NCBI RefSeq assembly: GCF_006345805.1
Contig: NC_043001.1
Location: 64,418,001 to 64,482,000, forward strand
Direction of reading: 5' to 3'
DNA: 64,000 nt
From: Octopus sinensis
Lineage: Eukaryota
Below are positions 1-12,479 of the stretch, piece after piece. The notes below the pieces were generated by a model, which worked only from the letters and a program-made list of their open reading frames with translations, ran no database searches and was not told where the DNA came from. Within the stretch, counting starts at the first letter, position 1, and each line of letters opens with the position of its first letter. Position numbers and translations under genes: made by a program.

Positions 1-754
1 AAAATGACCGAAACCGGTACTGAAAGATTCACTATAAAATCATCTTAGCATTTTCTATTTTTGACTTGTTTTTTCATATATATCAACTTGTGTGTTCCTT
101 TCCACCCTTATACATATATATATATATTGAAAAAGAGGTAGTCAGAATTTTGGCTAATTTTTTACTAGTGCTTTCATTTGTTTATTGAACTTGTCATGAC
201 AAAATCAAAATGATATAATGTACTGTTCTGTGATGGTAAGATCAACAAAAAAAGTATTCCCTCTTGTTAGAGATAAATATTATTTTATATTATTTAATGT
301 GTTTTTATGTACTACTATTAGTTTCATTTGCTAAAAACATGCCAAACATTGTTTTGTAATTGATGTCTCAGCACAATCATCAGACACTGCCCACACGACA
401 TTGAACTAAAAATGGGACAAGAGAAGAAATGAGAAAAGATGAGAAGTATATATAAAAAATGGAAGGTTGAAAAACTGGAAAACGAAAAAGTAATCAGAAA
501 GAAGCAAAAAGGGAAAAAGTGTTATTTCCATTAGACCATAAAGCTTGGAGCTTAGTGGCTTGGAGTTTATGATATAGATTTAATCCAGTGAGGGAAGTAT
601 TTCCCAATTCTTCAAACTTAGGCATATGTTTACAACCGTTGAAAATTTTATATCTAGAATTCAGCAGTGATTTATATATGGTGCATGGCTTAGTGGTTAG
701 GGCATTCATTCCCGGACCAGGCTCAAAATTTTGAACAAGACTTTATTTGTTTTG

Positions 755-1971
755 CAGTATCTTGATAGCACTTCTTTAGAGGTTCTGGTTCCTTTTCAGC
801 AATATAGTTATTTGTTTTGGGCAAATCATCAAGAACTCTTAAATACATATTCCACATATTTAGTGGGAAGAGAGGTGGGTGTCATGCAATCCTTCTGTTA
901 GGCCTTCCAATTCATGTATCCTCAGAATAATCAATGGTTTCTCGTGCTTCATCAGGGAAGGTGTTGTTATCACATAATAACTCAAATGCTCTTGTTACTG
1001 TGCCTACTGGGACAAATGCTAATGCTGGTAGCATCCTCATCACTAAAGCAAAATTAGGGTCTGTTTCATATTTTCGTTTTAAACCATTACTTTGATTTAC
1101 ATGAAAGATACATTGGCTGAAGTGGAAAAAGCAACCATTCTGTTCTGCACTGGGAAATTCTTTCAAGAGCGCTTTCATCATTGCTTTCTCAAAATCGAAC
1201 ATTATTGACAGTGGTGTACATGATGGTTCAAGATTCTTTATCTTGTGCAAAAAAGTTATATATGTTTCTTCTGTTTTGTCCAGCAATAGCACAAACACAA
1301 ACAGCAGTGAAACTTTCTCTTTTAATCCATGTAGGGTGAAATAACAAAGGGACTGTTTTAAATGTGTCAAGTGCATACCAGTGACTACTTAGTGATAAAC
1401 ACTGTAAATTGCGTCTTGTTGAAATGGCTACTTTTGCTGCAATTTCAGTGGCATCCAATATATGATTGTGGACATTGGAAGATTTCACAATTTCATCCTT
1501 TACAGTAATTATGCAAGCATTGAATTTTTATTTTTTGGATATTTTTTTCACTTACAATAAATACATTCACCATTTTCATCATTCTTATACTATATACATC
1601 CATTATCAACCAACTTCTTACGACCTTTTTGGATTCAGTAAATTCAGCAGACATGTTTGGCTATGGGTCTTTTCACTGTAAATAATTCCAAATAAGAATT
1701 TTTTTAGAGAACAACTAGTTTTTTTAGTACTTAACTAGTTTTATTCCACGTAATAGTAAACAACTAGTTTTATTCTATATTATCGCAAACAACTATTTAT
1801 CCTCTATTGAGTATAAATAAGTAAAGAACTGTTCCTTTCCACTTCCTATGAATTCATCAAAAAAGAAACAATTTTTATTTTTTGACAAGTTGTTTCAGAT
1901 TAATACTGTTTTAGACAAATTGCATTTAGATCAATTGTATTTTAGATGAATTGTCGTAGACAAACTCACCA
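755..1971 (-). mobile_element. Degenerate MULE/Mutator DNA transposon (transposase remnant plus subterminal repeats)
   Basis: ORF 912-1376 has MFDFEKAMMKALLKEFP..GCFFHFSQ..LPALAFVP (MULE DDE domain). Continues broken to PPLFPLNMWN..VLDDLPKTNN (~770-900). HNH motif upstream. Short TTAGA(C/T)xAATTG repeats at ~1905-1971. Confidence 0.85.
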
Positions 1972-1977
1972 GCTACT

Positions 1978-2722
1978 GAAAAATAGGTGGGGACTGAGTA
2001 ACAAGCCCTGGTAAACTCTTGTTTGTACTCTAAAGTCATTACTGTACTTGCAGTTGGCTTTCACCTTACTGACAGCATCCCTGTACATGGCTTGTATGGC
2101 TCAGATCACAGAACAAAGGTTTCTGTTGAAGGCTTTCTCCAGGTTGACAGATACCAAGTACAATGGTTTACTTTTAGCTAAATACTTCTCCTGCATTGTT
2201 TTATTCAGAAAATAGCATCAGTAATACTTCTTCACACAAAACCAAACTGCATTTTATCAAGTTGATAGGCTATAACTCTCTCTATAACTTTCATGATCTC
2301 GTTCAGCAATTCAATGATGCTGTAATTCTATTTAAAGTGTCTCCTTTACCCTTGTAACAGCAGACTTTAATGCTTCTACATCAGGTATCATTGGGTGTAA
2401 TACCTTCTGGTACTACCTGATTAACTATATGAGTGACTATGCCATTTCCCACTCTATTAGTTATTTTAAGCTTTTCAATGTTAGCTCCTGATGGACCAGG
2501 GGCTTTCTCTGCCTTCGTAGCTTTGATTGCCTTTTCATATAGTTGTCAACTTGAATGGCTGGTCCCTCTCTTGGATCCACTTAGCAAAGATCTTTCCAAG
2601 CATCTTTCATTGATACACTTTCATGCCTCTTTCTTTTCAAAATCACTTTGTGTAAGTATATTATTATCCATCTGCACACTCTTCTTAACCACATTTTGAT
2701 TCTCTCTGATAGTCTTGCAGCA
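1978..2722 (-). mobile_element. Old RTE LINE fragment (RT region)
   Basis: Minus strand reads QEKYLAKSKPLYLVSVNLEKAF and is collinear with the intact RTE ORF at 15515-18694. Confidence 0.85.
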
Positions 2723-4040
2723 ACCAAGGATTCTATGTTTGGCTTCAAATCACATAAATTAGCCGACTTTGCATGAATTGTAAATATTCATCATATAGTT
2801 TGAGTACAACACAGATTTATCTACTTTCATTTTTAAGAAAAGCTGCTCACAAATGTATGTGCTTCCAAACATGATCAGAATTTGTAAAGACAAGCCAAAT
2901 AATTTGGGAAAGCTCTCACTTGGAAGTAGAAATCAGAGACATCAGTCTCTGCATATTTCTGCTTTAGTATCAACATCCATGGTCAGTGGAGTAGTAAAAA
3001 GCATGAATTGCCTTTCTAAAGATAAAAAGTCTTGAAAATGCCAGTCAAACTCTGCCTGCAGTTTTAAATTATATGTGCATATTTCTTCAAGTATTATAGT
3101 ATAACTCTCTCCAATGACTTGCAAGGCCATGAAAGGAGGTAAGTCCCTGTTTGAAAGCTGCTTTTCCCACAACAAAAGTTTATACTTAAAAGACTTCATG
3201 CTGCCATACATCATTATCATAACCTGCTTTGGGTTTGAGAACTTCCAGTTTAGAATGTTCAGAAAAATCAGTTAGATCAGTGAGGAATGCAAGCTTAGAG
3301 ACAAAGACTGGATTACTTAACTCAGGAACATTTTTTCCTTTTATTGCCAAGAACAATCTGATTTGTTCTCTTAAAGCAAAACAATCTTTTCAGAATATTC
3401 TCCTGACCGAGCCACCTGACTTCTGAATGATACAGAAGCACTCTATATACAGTATACATGTTAGATGGAAAAGAAATGAACTGTCAGTTGTTGAGAGCTC
3501 TTGTCCATGTAAAATTGATGCTTTTCACAAATACATTTGTAATGGAGTAAAGATTATTTGCCAACATAACATGGCAGTCCTGGTTTAGGACAACTGTTGC
3601 TGTAATTTAGCCCCAGGAGACATTGTCTCCAGCTGACTACACAACACGATCTGTGTCCTTATATTTTCGTACAAGGGAAATATATAGGGACAAAGATCAT
3701 GCCATATAGTCAGCTGGAGATGATGACTCCTGGGGCTAAATTACAGTAACATTCGTCCTAAACCAGGACTGCCATGTTATGTTGGCAAATAATCTTTACT
3801 CCAAAGTACTGTTGCTGAATATCTCTCGTTGTGAGATTTACATATAGTAATTTTCTACATCTGTAATGTTTTCCATCTACAACCTTTTCCCACACAGCGC
3901 ATTGATGGTCGCTCCAAAACTGTTTAGCTTTTCTTTAAGATCTATTAATCCCACCTTTTCAGAGCACATTGCAGGTGCACCATCTGTTGCTGACATGTTT
4001 TATCCAATTCAATCCTGCATGCTCAATGCACTTTTCTAGT
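2715..4040 (-). mobile_element. hAT (SPIN/Charlie, GTF2IRD2-like) transposase pseudogene, middle and C-terminal part
   Basis: Minus strand: LEKCIEHAGLNW..TDGAPAM (~3950-4040), KLLLWEKQL (ORF 2942-3220), LIMFGSTYICEQLF (hAT dimerization motif, ~2840-2880). Confidence 0.85.
3543..3803. mobile_element. Foldback MITE inserted in the hAT remnant
   Basis: Long inverted arms TGGAGTAAAGATTATTTGCCAACATAACATGGCAGTCCTGGTTTAGGAC... / ...GTCCTAAACCAGGACTGCCATGTTATGTTGGCAAATAATCTTTACTCCA. No clear TSD. Confidence 0.85.
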
Positions 4041-4296
4041 TTACTGATTCTCATGCTGTAAAGTATTGATAAATCATTTATTTTCTGCTGTAAACCTGTC
4101 ATTAACTTCCTTTCTGGCTACCCGTTGCTACCAATTTTCCAGTCTTTCCAGGTCTCTTTGCTTCTATAGTTCTGTCAACTTCTCTGTTCCACCATCACAT
4201 CACTCTTGACTTGGCTAGAACTTTACACCAGACATAGCACTGTAGCCTTCAGTAAGTTGCCCCACAGGAACTTCAATTTGTCTTCTATACTATACA
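4041..4296 (-). mobile_element. Old RTE LINE fragment (linker upstream of RT)
   Basis: Degenerate match to the EDNWKFL..WWWN..WKDWK..ARKE..QVY..EDQ region of the RTE consensus. Confidence 0.7.
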
Positions 4297-4579
4297 TCTA
4301 TCTATATATATAAAGATGAGAATGTGTGTGTGTGTCTGTCTGTGTGTCTGTGTGAATCCCTAAAACTTGAGAACTACACAACCAATTTCATTCAAATTTC
4401 ACACATGCCTTACTTAGGGTCCATGTAGTGTCATAGGCCAAAAATAGTTTTAACTTCTTGCCTAGTGCAAGCCCACAGCAATATCATATCCTCTCCACTA
4501 TTTCAGTATTATGTGTCAAAAGTGAAACAATATCATCTCTCTAGGGTAATGTCAGATACTTTCACTTTAATACTGAAAC

Positions 4580-4723
4580 TATAAGATGGATGACTTGTAA
4601 GTGGACATCCATTTTGCTAGAAGAAGATCCACTATGGTCTTACCACTAACAAAGGAATGGTAAGACCATAGCGGATCTTCTTCTAGCATAATGGGTGTCC
4701 ACTTACAGGTTATCCCTCTTATA
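4580..4723. mobile_element. TA-flanked hairpin MITE (Tc1/mariner-like) nested in the Helitron
   Basis: ~65-bp inverted arms around a 12-nt loop, TA at both ends. Confidence 0.75.
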
Positions 4724-5873
4724 TGTATGTAATATAATTTTTTCTGAAACTTCAGATTTTACAGTATGCTACACATACACATACACACACATATATACGT
4801 GTATGTTTATGTGTATATCCATATCTATTATATCAAAGTCAATGACTTTATGTGTGTTCGTGTGTTATATTTTGAAAACTGTTGCACCGATCATAATGAA
4901 ATTTGGAACACAAAATCCAAGCATAGGGAGAAGAGTGATGCTGTGTGTTTCATACGATTTCATGGACCAAAATTACTGAATGGATCCTTATGATATTTGA
5001 AACTTAGATTCAATGCATAAGGGCAAGTATAATGCAATATCTTTGGCTTGAATTTCAGATGGCTTAACAGAGGCAGAACTCCAATGAAAATTCATAAATT
5101 TTCGATGTTGATGAAATTTCAACTATGGGTAATTAACACACATCAAGAAGTATTCCCAAAGTTTCCACTTCACATGAAGATTATAAGACACCCTAATGGG
5201 CCTTAACTCCCAAATTTTACTCATTTCTTTTATGATCCAAAACTAGGTCAAAAGTATTAAACGGATCTTTACAAAATTTGGAAATTACATTCTATGCATA
5301 AGGGCCATAACCTCCATGACAATTCATATATTTTTGCTGTTGATGAAATTTTAACCACAAATGAAGTAATATTTATAAAATTTCATCTTCTTACAAGTTA
5401 CAAAGACCCCTTCATGGGGATTTAACACCCACAATTTAGTCATTTTATCTAAGCAAAGATGAATACAGTTGTACTCTTGGAAGCTTTAGGGTCACCCAGG
5501 CATAAAAGATGAGCATTATTTATAATTCAGTGGTACAACAGTGTAAGAGTTTGCTTTGACATATACTTAGATTGTGATTTCTGCAATGTGATGCATAAAT
5601 TGTCAAGTAAATGCGAGGCATATTTTCCTCCACTGATTCAGTTGCAAAGTGTTGAGTAAAGTTATTTGGTTGCAGACTTCCTTTCAGTCTTTTTTATTAT
5701 CACTGGGTCACACATAGTCCCCAGATGGTAACATTGATTTCAAGGCCTTCCCAGATGACTGGTTATTCAAAAACATTTATAGATTGTAAATTTATTCTGT
5801 CCAGTTACGTATCAGTATAGTGGTCATTTGCAAACTCCAACTTTCATTTCTCCTTAGCCCTCACGTCACACAG

Positions 5874-5942
5874 TTTTTTTTTTTTTTTTTTTTTTTTTAT
5901 CTAGTTTCAGCTCAAGAGCTGTGGCCATGCTGGGGCACCGCC
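5874..5942 (-). repeat. Poly(A)-tailed SINE/LINE 3' end fragment
   Basis: Minus: GGCGGTGCCCCAGCATGGCCACAGCTCTTGAGCTGAAACTAGAT + A-tract. Resembles the SINE tail at ~41345-41375 (CAGTCAAATGACTGAAAC hairpin). Confidence 0.65.
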
Positions 5943-6492
5943 ATTTAATGTTTATTTCAGTTGGATCATGCCCTTCCAATTGCTATAGATTCATAATGCA
6001 TCTTACGGCTGTGCCTGTCATGGCTGTGCCTGTCACCTGGATGGTGAGGAATCCTACATTGGGAGTGGTAACAACTAGGGTAAGGTAGCTGACTGCTTAT
6101 TGTGATCATTCGTCTTTTGGTTTCCTGTAGCTTTGCTCTCTTTTACAAACCCAGTGAACATATATTTCCTATTTCAAAGAAATTCAAACAATAGATATAA
6201 GACCCAAGTTAAAAAGATTCTGGTTGACATTAAGACACCCACCTCCAATTTAGAGCTCCATGACCTCCATTTTTCAGAAGCAAAATCCTTTTAACAGGTT
6301 CTATAAGACTAGAATTTTGGAATCTGCACATAAAAATCAGTAGTATGGGATACATGTGGCACGATTACAATTTTTTTAGGGTTTGTAAAGCAGGAATTTT
6401 GATGAAATTCAAAACAGGTATTCCAGTTCATAACAGAAAAGTCTAATTCTTTAATTGCATGTAACACAGGCAATGTCGGGTATCTCTGCTAG

Positions 6493-7070
6493 TATACTAT
6501 ATATCTTGCCTCATCACTGTTCCCTTCTTATTTAGTAAATCTAATAATCCTTCAGTGATATTGAAATTTTTGTCAACTCCTCTGATAAAGACAGCACACT
6601 AAGTAATACCTGTTAACCCTTACTTTCAACTTGTGTGCTAGAAAATTTTTCAACATCTTGAGCAGTGGTGGCCATTTGTTTGTATGAATTGCTTGCTAAA
6701 TTAATGATATGGCTGGTAACAGTATTAGGTAACAAGCTAATGCTTTCAAATATTTTCTTTTTCTTGTGACTTTGATAAAATTGCTTTCAGTGAATGGTTG
6801 TATTGGTTTTCCAATCATTTCAGTGAGAGCAAAACTTGCTCTTTTGACATTTTTGCTTGTTTTGTTCCAGTTGCAAAAAGTTCTGTTACTTTGAAAGAGC
6901 TTTCTTAAGTCATTCTACTTTTTCTTCTCTTATCTGCATGTTGTTTCATAAAGTCTCCTTATGATATATTCTTTTTGTAAGAGCATACCCATGTCATCAA
7001 AAATGAGAGTTAATGCTGCATCAAAACAATGGGTGAAACCATTGATAAATGTCAGCAATTGAAAAAAATA
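6493..7070 (-). mobile_element. hAT transposase pseudogene, N-terminal part
   Basis: Minus strand: KPIQPFTESNFIK..FESISLLPNTVTSHI..AVFIRGVDKNFNITEGLLDL..KGTVMRQDIYSI, which joins LEKCIE at 4040. Confidence 0.8.
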
Positions 7071-7249
7071 TATATATACATACACAGAATTGAAGCACCT
7101 AAACGGGTACAGTTGTAAAGTCTCACTAGAAAATATTATTGTCCATGTGATATATATATATACTAGTGGAATCTGTGGAAATTCCACTGAATAAAAAGAG
7201 AAGCTATTTAAGAGAGAAATGATGCTTTGCATTTTTATTTTTATTTTGC

Positions 7250-8160
7250 TATGTTATTTCTCTTCCAGTCATAATAATATATGATCTTTAAATTTCCCTC
7301 TGCTAAGCACTTTATATTTCTCTCTTTCTCTCTACCTCTCCAACAAACTTTTTAACCATATAATTTTCCTTTTCATGTCTTTAACATTTCTCTTTTTCTC
7401 TTCACCTCTCACTTCCACTAACCACATGAGTAACAACATAATGCATCAGCTGGCTATGTGCTCTCTCACTCTCACATTCTCTCTTCCTCTTTCTCACACC
7501 ACTTTCTCCCCCTCTCTGACAAACTAAAGCATAAAGTGTCTACAAACGGGTAGGGAATATCATAGATTTATTTCAATAAAAAAAATGCTTTTCACTATCA
7601 ACACACCACCACCACCACCATCACTATAGTTTTACGCAACAAAGCTTGTTTCATTTCAGTTCAGCTGTTTGTATCTTTTTCTTGTTGATGTATCTACACT
7701 CTAACAATACAAACGCTGTCTACCTCTCTGTCTCCTTCCCTCTCTCTCTCTCTCTCGCAATGTTACTGCTTCCCCTGTCCACCTCTCTTTATCGGCCTTT
7801 CTTGATCTTCATCACCAGTACATCACCTTCTGCTGAACATTGTATCTTAAACACACCTCTTTCTCTTTACTTTTTCCAACTGCACATTGTTAACACTTCT
7901 CTCTCCCTCTTCTCCCTCCTGTCTCTCATTGTCTTTTTCTCTCATTCTTTGCCTCTCCTTTCAATAAATCAAGTGATGCATTTGGCCTTATTATACATCT
8001 TTCTCTACTTCTTCCTCACTTCTTTCTTCTCTACTTACATTCCTCCCTTCTCTCTCAGTTTTACTCCACCTCTCATTCACTCCACCTCAACCTCTTACTC
8101 ACTTCTCCACTTCTCGCTCACTCCAACTCTCTAACTAACTAAAGTATAACGGGTGTATTA
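7250..8160. repeat. CT-rich low-complexity repeat-derived tract, class unresolved
   Basis: Strong pyrimidine skew on plus strand with degenerate (TC)n runs. Confidence 0.5.
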
Positions 8161-8369
8161 ACAAGCAGATTATTATGTAGATCACACACACACACATATG
8201 ATGATATATATATATATAATGAAAGAAAGAAAATGGAGAAAGATAGATGTATGAATAATTTATTTGTATGATAAAAAGATGTTGAAATTATTTTTTAAAA
8301 ATAACAACACAAATAAATTATAAGTTGTAAAGCTCAAAAACAAATGAGAGACGCAAAAAGACCCACATA

Positions 8370-8485
8370 TAAGTTCACACCTCATAGAATTCAAGCTGTA
8401 ATTACTGCCAAAGGCAGTCCTACCCCATATTAAAATAAATTTGTTTGAAATTTGAAGGTGTTTCGATTATTTTGTCCAGCCCCTG
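8370..8485 (+). mobile_element. Tc1-like transposon 3' terminus
   Basis: PHRIQAVITAKGSPTPY* then TIR ..GATTATTTTGTCCAGCCCCTG followed by TA. Confidence 0.75.
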
Positions 8486-8490
8486 TATAT

Positions 8491-8543
<53 letters not shown>
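8486..8543. repeat. (TA)n microsatellite
   Basis: Direct inspection. Confidence 0.95.
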
Positions 8544-8544
<1 letters not shown>

Positions 8545-8787
8545 TTCCAAATGTTTGGCAGCAAATGACACTCGAAAATATGCACAGCTAAACTAAGAAA
8601 CTCTCTTGTTTTTAATTGCCTTATCTATTCAAACTCATCTATTCTCTAAAATAATTCTTTCTTGTCTGTTCTAACCCTACAATGACTAAGCTTGTTTCTT
8701 GGGTACATGTATATACTTATCTCGAACTTTGCTCTAAAATAACTCCTTCTTGCTTGCTGTAGCCCTTAAAATGACCGTTTGTGTCGG

Positions 8788-11700
8788 TGGTTGCACCCGC
8801 CCTTTCCCATCCCTGCCACCAATACCAGAAATCTTTCTCTCTCTCTCACTCTTACCGGAAATCTCTTTCTCTTTCAATCTTACCGGAAATCTCTTTCTGT
8901 CTCACAGTTACCTGAAATCTCTTTCTCCCTCATTCTTACCGGAAATCTTTCTCTTACTGGACATCCAGTTGTCCGTCCCCTTTCTCCTTCTCTGTTGGTA
9001 ATCTTACTGCTCTCTCCTCTCTCTCCACCCCCTATCTCTAGACTAAATAAACCAGATAAATTTTTTATTTATTTATTTATTTACATGTTTATTTATTTAT
9101 TTACTGCTGCATCAGTAATGCTTCACCCACAAGCCTCATAATGCTTATATTTACAATGCCCCAAACACTTTAATATTCAATGCTTCCTCACTCCTTCACC
9201 CCACTCCCCAGTAGAGATAACAACCATAACAACTCTAACATGTTTGAATGACAGTAGGTTAAAAGCAAGAACAACTATTATGACGCCTGTTACCAAACAT
9301 TCACGGGAACCTTCTTTTCAGGTACTGAATAACATCTCTCCTTCCTGTATTACCTCCCATATCTCTTTCCTGGTTTTCAGAGTTGGCACTCTAAATGTAG
9401 GCACATTGAAAAGTAGGTCTAGCAAGATTGTAGAGATGCTTGAACAGAGATGTGTTGATGTATGTTGCATACAAGAGGTAAGATGGAGAGGAGCTTCAGC
9501 CAGAGTCCTCACAGGCAAAGCACATAGGTATAAACTCTTCTGGGAAGGTAATAGTGATGGAAAAGGGGGTGTGGGCATACTCCTTGTAAAGAAATGGGTG
9601 GATAAGGTAATAGAGGTAGCGAGGGTCTGCGATAGAGTACTTAAACTCAGGCTAGTCTTGCAGAATGATATAGCTACAATTATCTCTGCCTACAACCCAC
9701 AAGCAGGCCTACCAAATGAACAGAAGGATCACTTTTATGATATTCTTCTGCAAGCTGCCTCAAAGACGATTGACAGTGATCTCATCTTTGTGGTTGGAGA
9801 TTTTAATGGGCATGTCGGACAGCAATATGGTATCTTCCATGATGTACATGGGGGCCATGGAATTGGTACCAAAAATGAAGAGGGAACTAGTATCCTGGAG
9901 TTCTGTATTGCAAATAAGCTATTGATCTGCAAGACTAGCTACCTGATAACCTATCAATCAGGTGACTCTGCTAGGCAGATTGATTTCATTCTCACCAAAC
10001 TGCGGGATGTATGGTTGCTCTTAAATAAAAAGACCCTCCCTGGTGAAGAATGTACCCCCCACACACACACACACACACAACATAGACTAGTTATTAATGA
10101 CTTTTGACTTGAGGCCAGAAGGATGCCAAAAACCAGACCAATCTGGAAAAGAAGGACTTGGAAGCTTAGGAACCCTTCACATGGTCAGAAATTTAGGGAT
10201 ATCCTCATCAAGAAATTTGATGATAGGGAGGAGGAGCTACAGTCCTGTGACATAGAAGGCAGCTGAGAATTCCTGCGAGACAGCTTCCTGAGTGCCACAT
10301 ACCAAATCTGCAGCTGGTGCAAAGTCCCTTCCAGACCTGGAGTAACATGGTGGTAGAACAATGCTGTAGACAGGGCCACTAGAGCAAAGAAACAGGCTTG
10401 GAATGCCTGGAAGATTCGGGGTAGCAGGAGATTGTTTCAGATAGCCAAAAAGGAAGCTAAGAGACAGGTATACATAGCAAAGGGAGAAGCAGAAAAGAAG
10501 AAGCTTGCCAATGTTCAGCAATGTGAGGATTAAAGAACTGAAGTATTTTGGATTGCAAGACAGTGTGTGAGAGAAAACTGTGATGTCATTGGAAAGAAAT
10601 GTGTCTGCATGGATGATGGTGCCTTTGTGTTTAATGATTCTGCAAAGAAAGAGGTTTGGAGAAGCCATTATGAAAGACTGCTGAATGTGGAGAATGAATA
10701 GGAGGAGGAGAATCTGCCAAAGGTCGACCCAAATGAGGAACCAGCTATCTGAATTGACAGTTCCCAGGTAGATAAAGCAATTAAGGATAATGATTTAGAT
10801 AGAAAGAACTACAGGGGTATCAAATTATTGGATCAGGTGATGAAAGGTACAGAGTGGATCATAGCCCAACTGATTAGGGAGAGAGTTAGCCTAGATGAGA
10901 TGCAGTTTGGTTTTGTACCAGGTAGAAGCACCACTGATGCTATATTTCTGCAGGAGAAATACCAAGACAAAGATAAACCTCTGCACTTGGCTTTTGTTGA
11001 CTTGGAGAAAGCCTTTGACAGGGTCCTCCCAATCCCTTATCTGGTGGTCAATGTGGAAAGTGGGGATAGACGAGTGGCTGGTAAGAGCTGTACAAGCCCT
11101 GTACAGGAATGCTGTCAGTAAGGTGAGGGTTGGCAACAAGTATAATAAAGAATTCTGGGTAGAAGTAGGGGTTCACCAAGGATCAGTCCTCATCCCCCTC
11201 TTATTCATTATAGTCTTCCAGGTAATAACAGAGGAATTCAAGACAGGCTGCCCCTGGAAGTTCCTCTATGCTGATGACCTTGCTCTAATTGTTGAGTTAC
11301 TATCAGAACTAGAGGAAAAGTTTCAGATGTGGAAGCAAGGTCTAGAATCGAAGGCCCTTAGAGTCAACCTAGCTAAAGCCAAAGTCTTAATAAGTAGGAA
11401 GGCAGACAAACCACAAATCCCTTCTGGTCAATGGCTCTGCTTGATCTGTAGAAAAGGTGTGGGTAGAAATTCCATACAATGTACCTGGTGTTAGCTATGG
11501 ACACATAAAAGGTGCAGCAATATCAAGGGAAGGTTAATCAGGAAGATAGCTTTTGTGTGTGGCAGATGCACTGGGGCAATAAACACTGAAGATGTACAGA
11601 AAACAGATTTCATCACATTCCAGGGGGTGAAACTAGAAGTAGTTAATAGCTTCTGCTGTCTAGGCAACCAAGTCTGAAGTGGAGGCAGTTGCTCTGAGAG

Positions 11701-12325
11701 TGTAGTGACTAGAGTAAGCATAGCCTGGGAAAAGTTCAGGGAGCTCCTACCTCTGCTGGCAACTAAGGGCCTCTCACTCAGAGTGAAAGGTAGACTGTAT
11801 GATGCATGTGTGCAAACTGCCATACTACGCGGCAGTGAAACATGGGCCATGAATGCTGAGGACATGCATAGGCTTGAAAGAAATGAAGCTAGTATGATCC
11901 GCTGGATCATACTATGTCAGTGTGCATACTTGACAGAATGTAAGCACCTTGAGAGAAAAGTTAGGCATAAGAAGCATAAAATGTGTTGGGCAATATGATA
12001 TGCTTGAGAAAACCTGTTTGATCAAGTAAAACCAATATCGTAGCTGGGGCCAGTGCCTTCGACTGGCTTCTGCGCCGGTGACACATAAAAAGCACCATCT
12101 GAATGTGATCGTCGCCAGGCCCACCTGCCTGGCTCCTACACCAGTGGCACGTAAAAAGCACCCACTACACTCTCAGAGTGGCTGGCATTAGGAAGGGCAT
12201 CCAGCTGTTGAAACGTCGCCAGATTAGATTGGAGACTGGTGTAGCCACTGGCTCTCCAGACTTCAGTCATACCATCCAACCTATGCCAGCATGGAAAACG
12301 GACATTAAACAATAATGATGATGAT
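8788..12325 (+). mobile_element. RTE LINE, near full-length, frameshifted (subfamily B 5' UTR)
   Basis: APE ORF 9244-10107, RT pieces 10828-11494 (DLEKAFD, YADD), PHD-type finger, C-terminus, 3' UTR ending CCAACCTATGCCAGCATGGAAAACGGAC + (ATG)n-like tail. Confidence 0.95.
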
Positions 12326-12479
12326 ATATATACATACATGTGCATGTGTGTGAATATGGAACATCCATTTTTGCATGCTCACATAGATCAGACAGATTTT
12401 ATACAGCCAGATACTTTTCCAGTCATTGAACCTTGTCTTCCCAAGTAACACAATATGTTAATCAACCTGCTTAACAACC

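Larger units (their letters stand above)
4297..6492 (+). mobile_element. Non-autonomous Helitron-like element (composite; second 5'-TC start at 4824)
   Basis: A^TCTATCTATATATATAAAG start, second A^TCTATTATATCAAAG at 4824, 3' GGCAATGTCGGGTATCTCTGCTAG^T end (CTAG at 6489-6492), internal subrepeats. Confidence 0.75.

Noticed and set aside
494-709. 71-aa ORF as a possible host exon
   Set aside because: No recognisable domain or convincing donor; it starts in a SINE-head remnant.
5874-5899. Hairpin plus poly-T resembling an intrinsic terminator
   Set aside because: It is the reverse-strand poly(A) tail of a retroposon 3' end.
7646-8134. 162-aa hydrophobic ORF resembling a membrane protein
   Set aside because: L/S/F bias arises from CT-rich low complexity.
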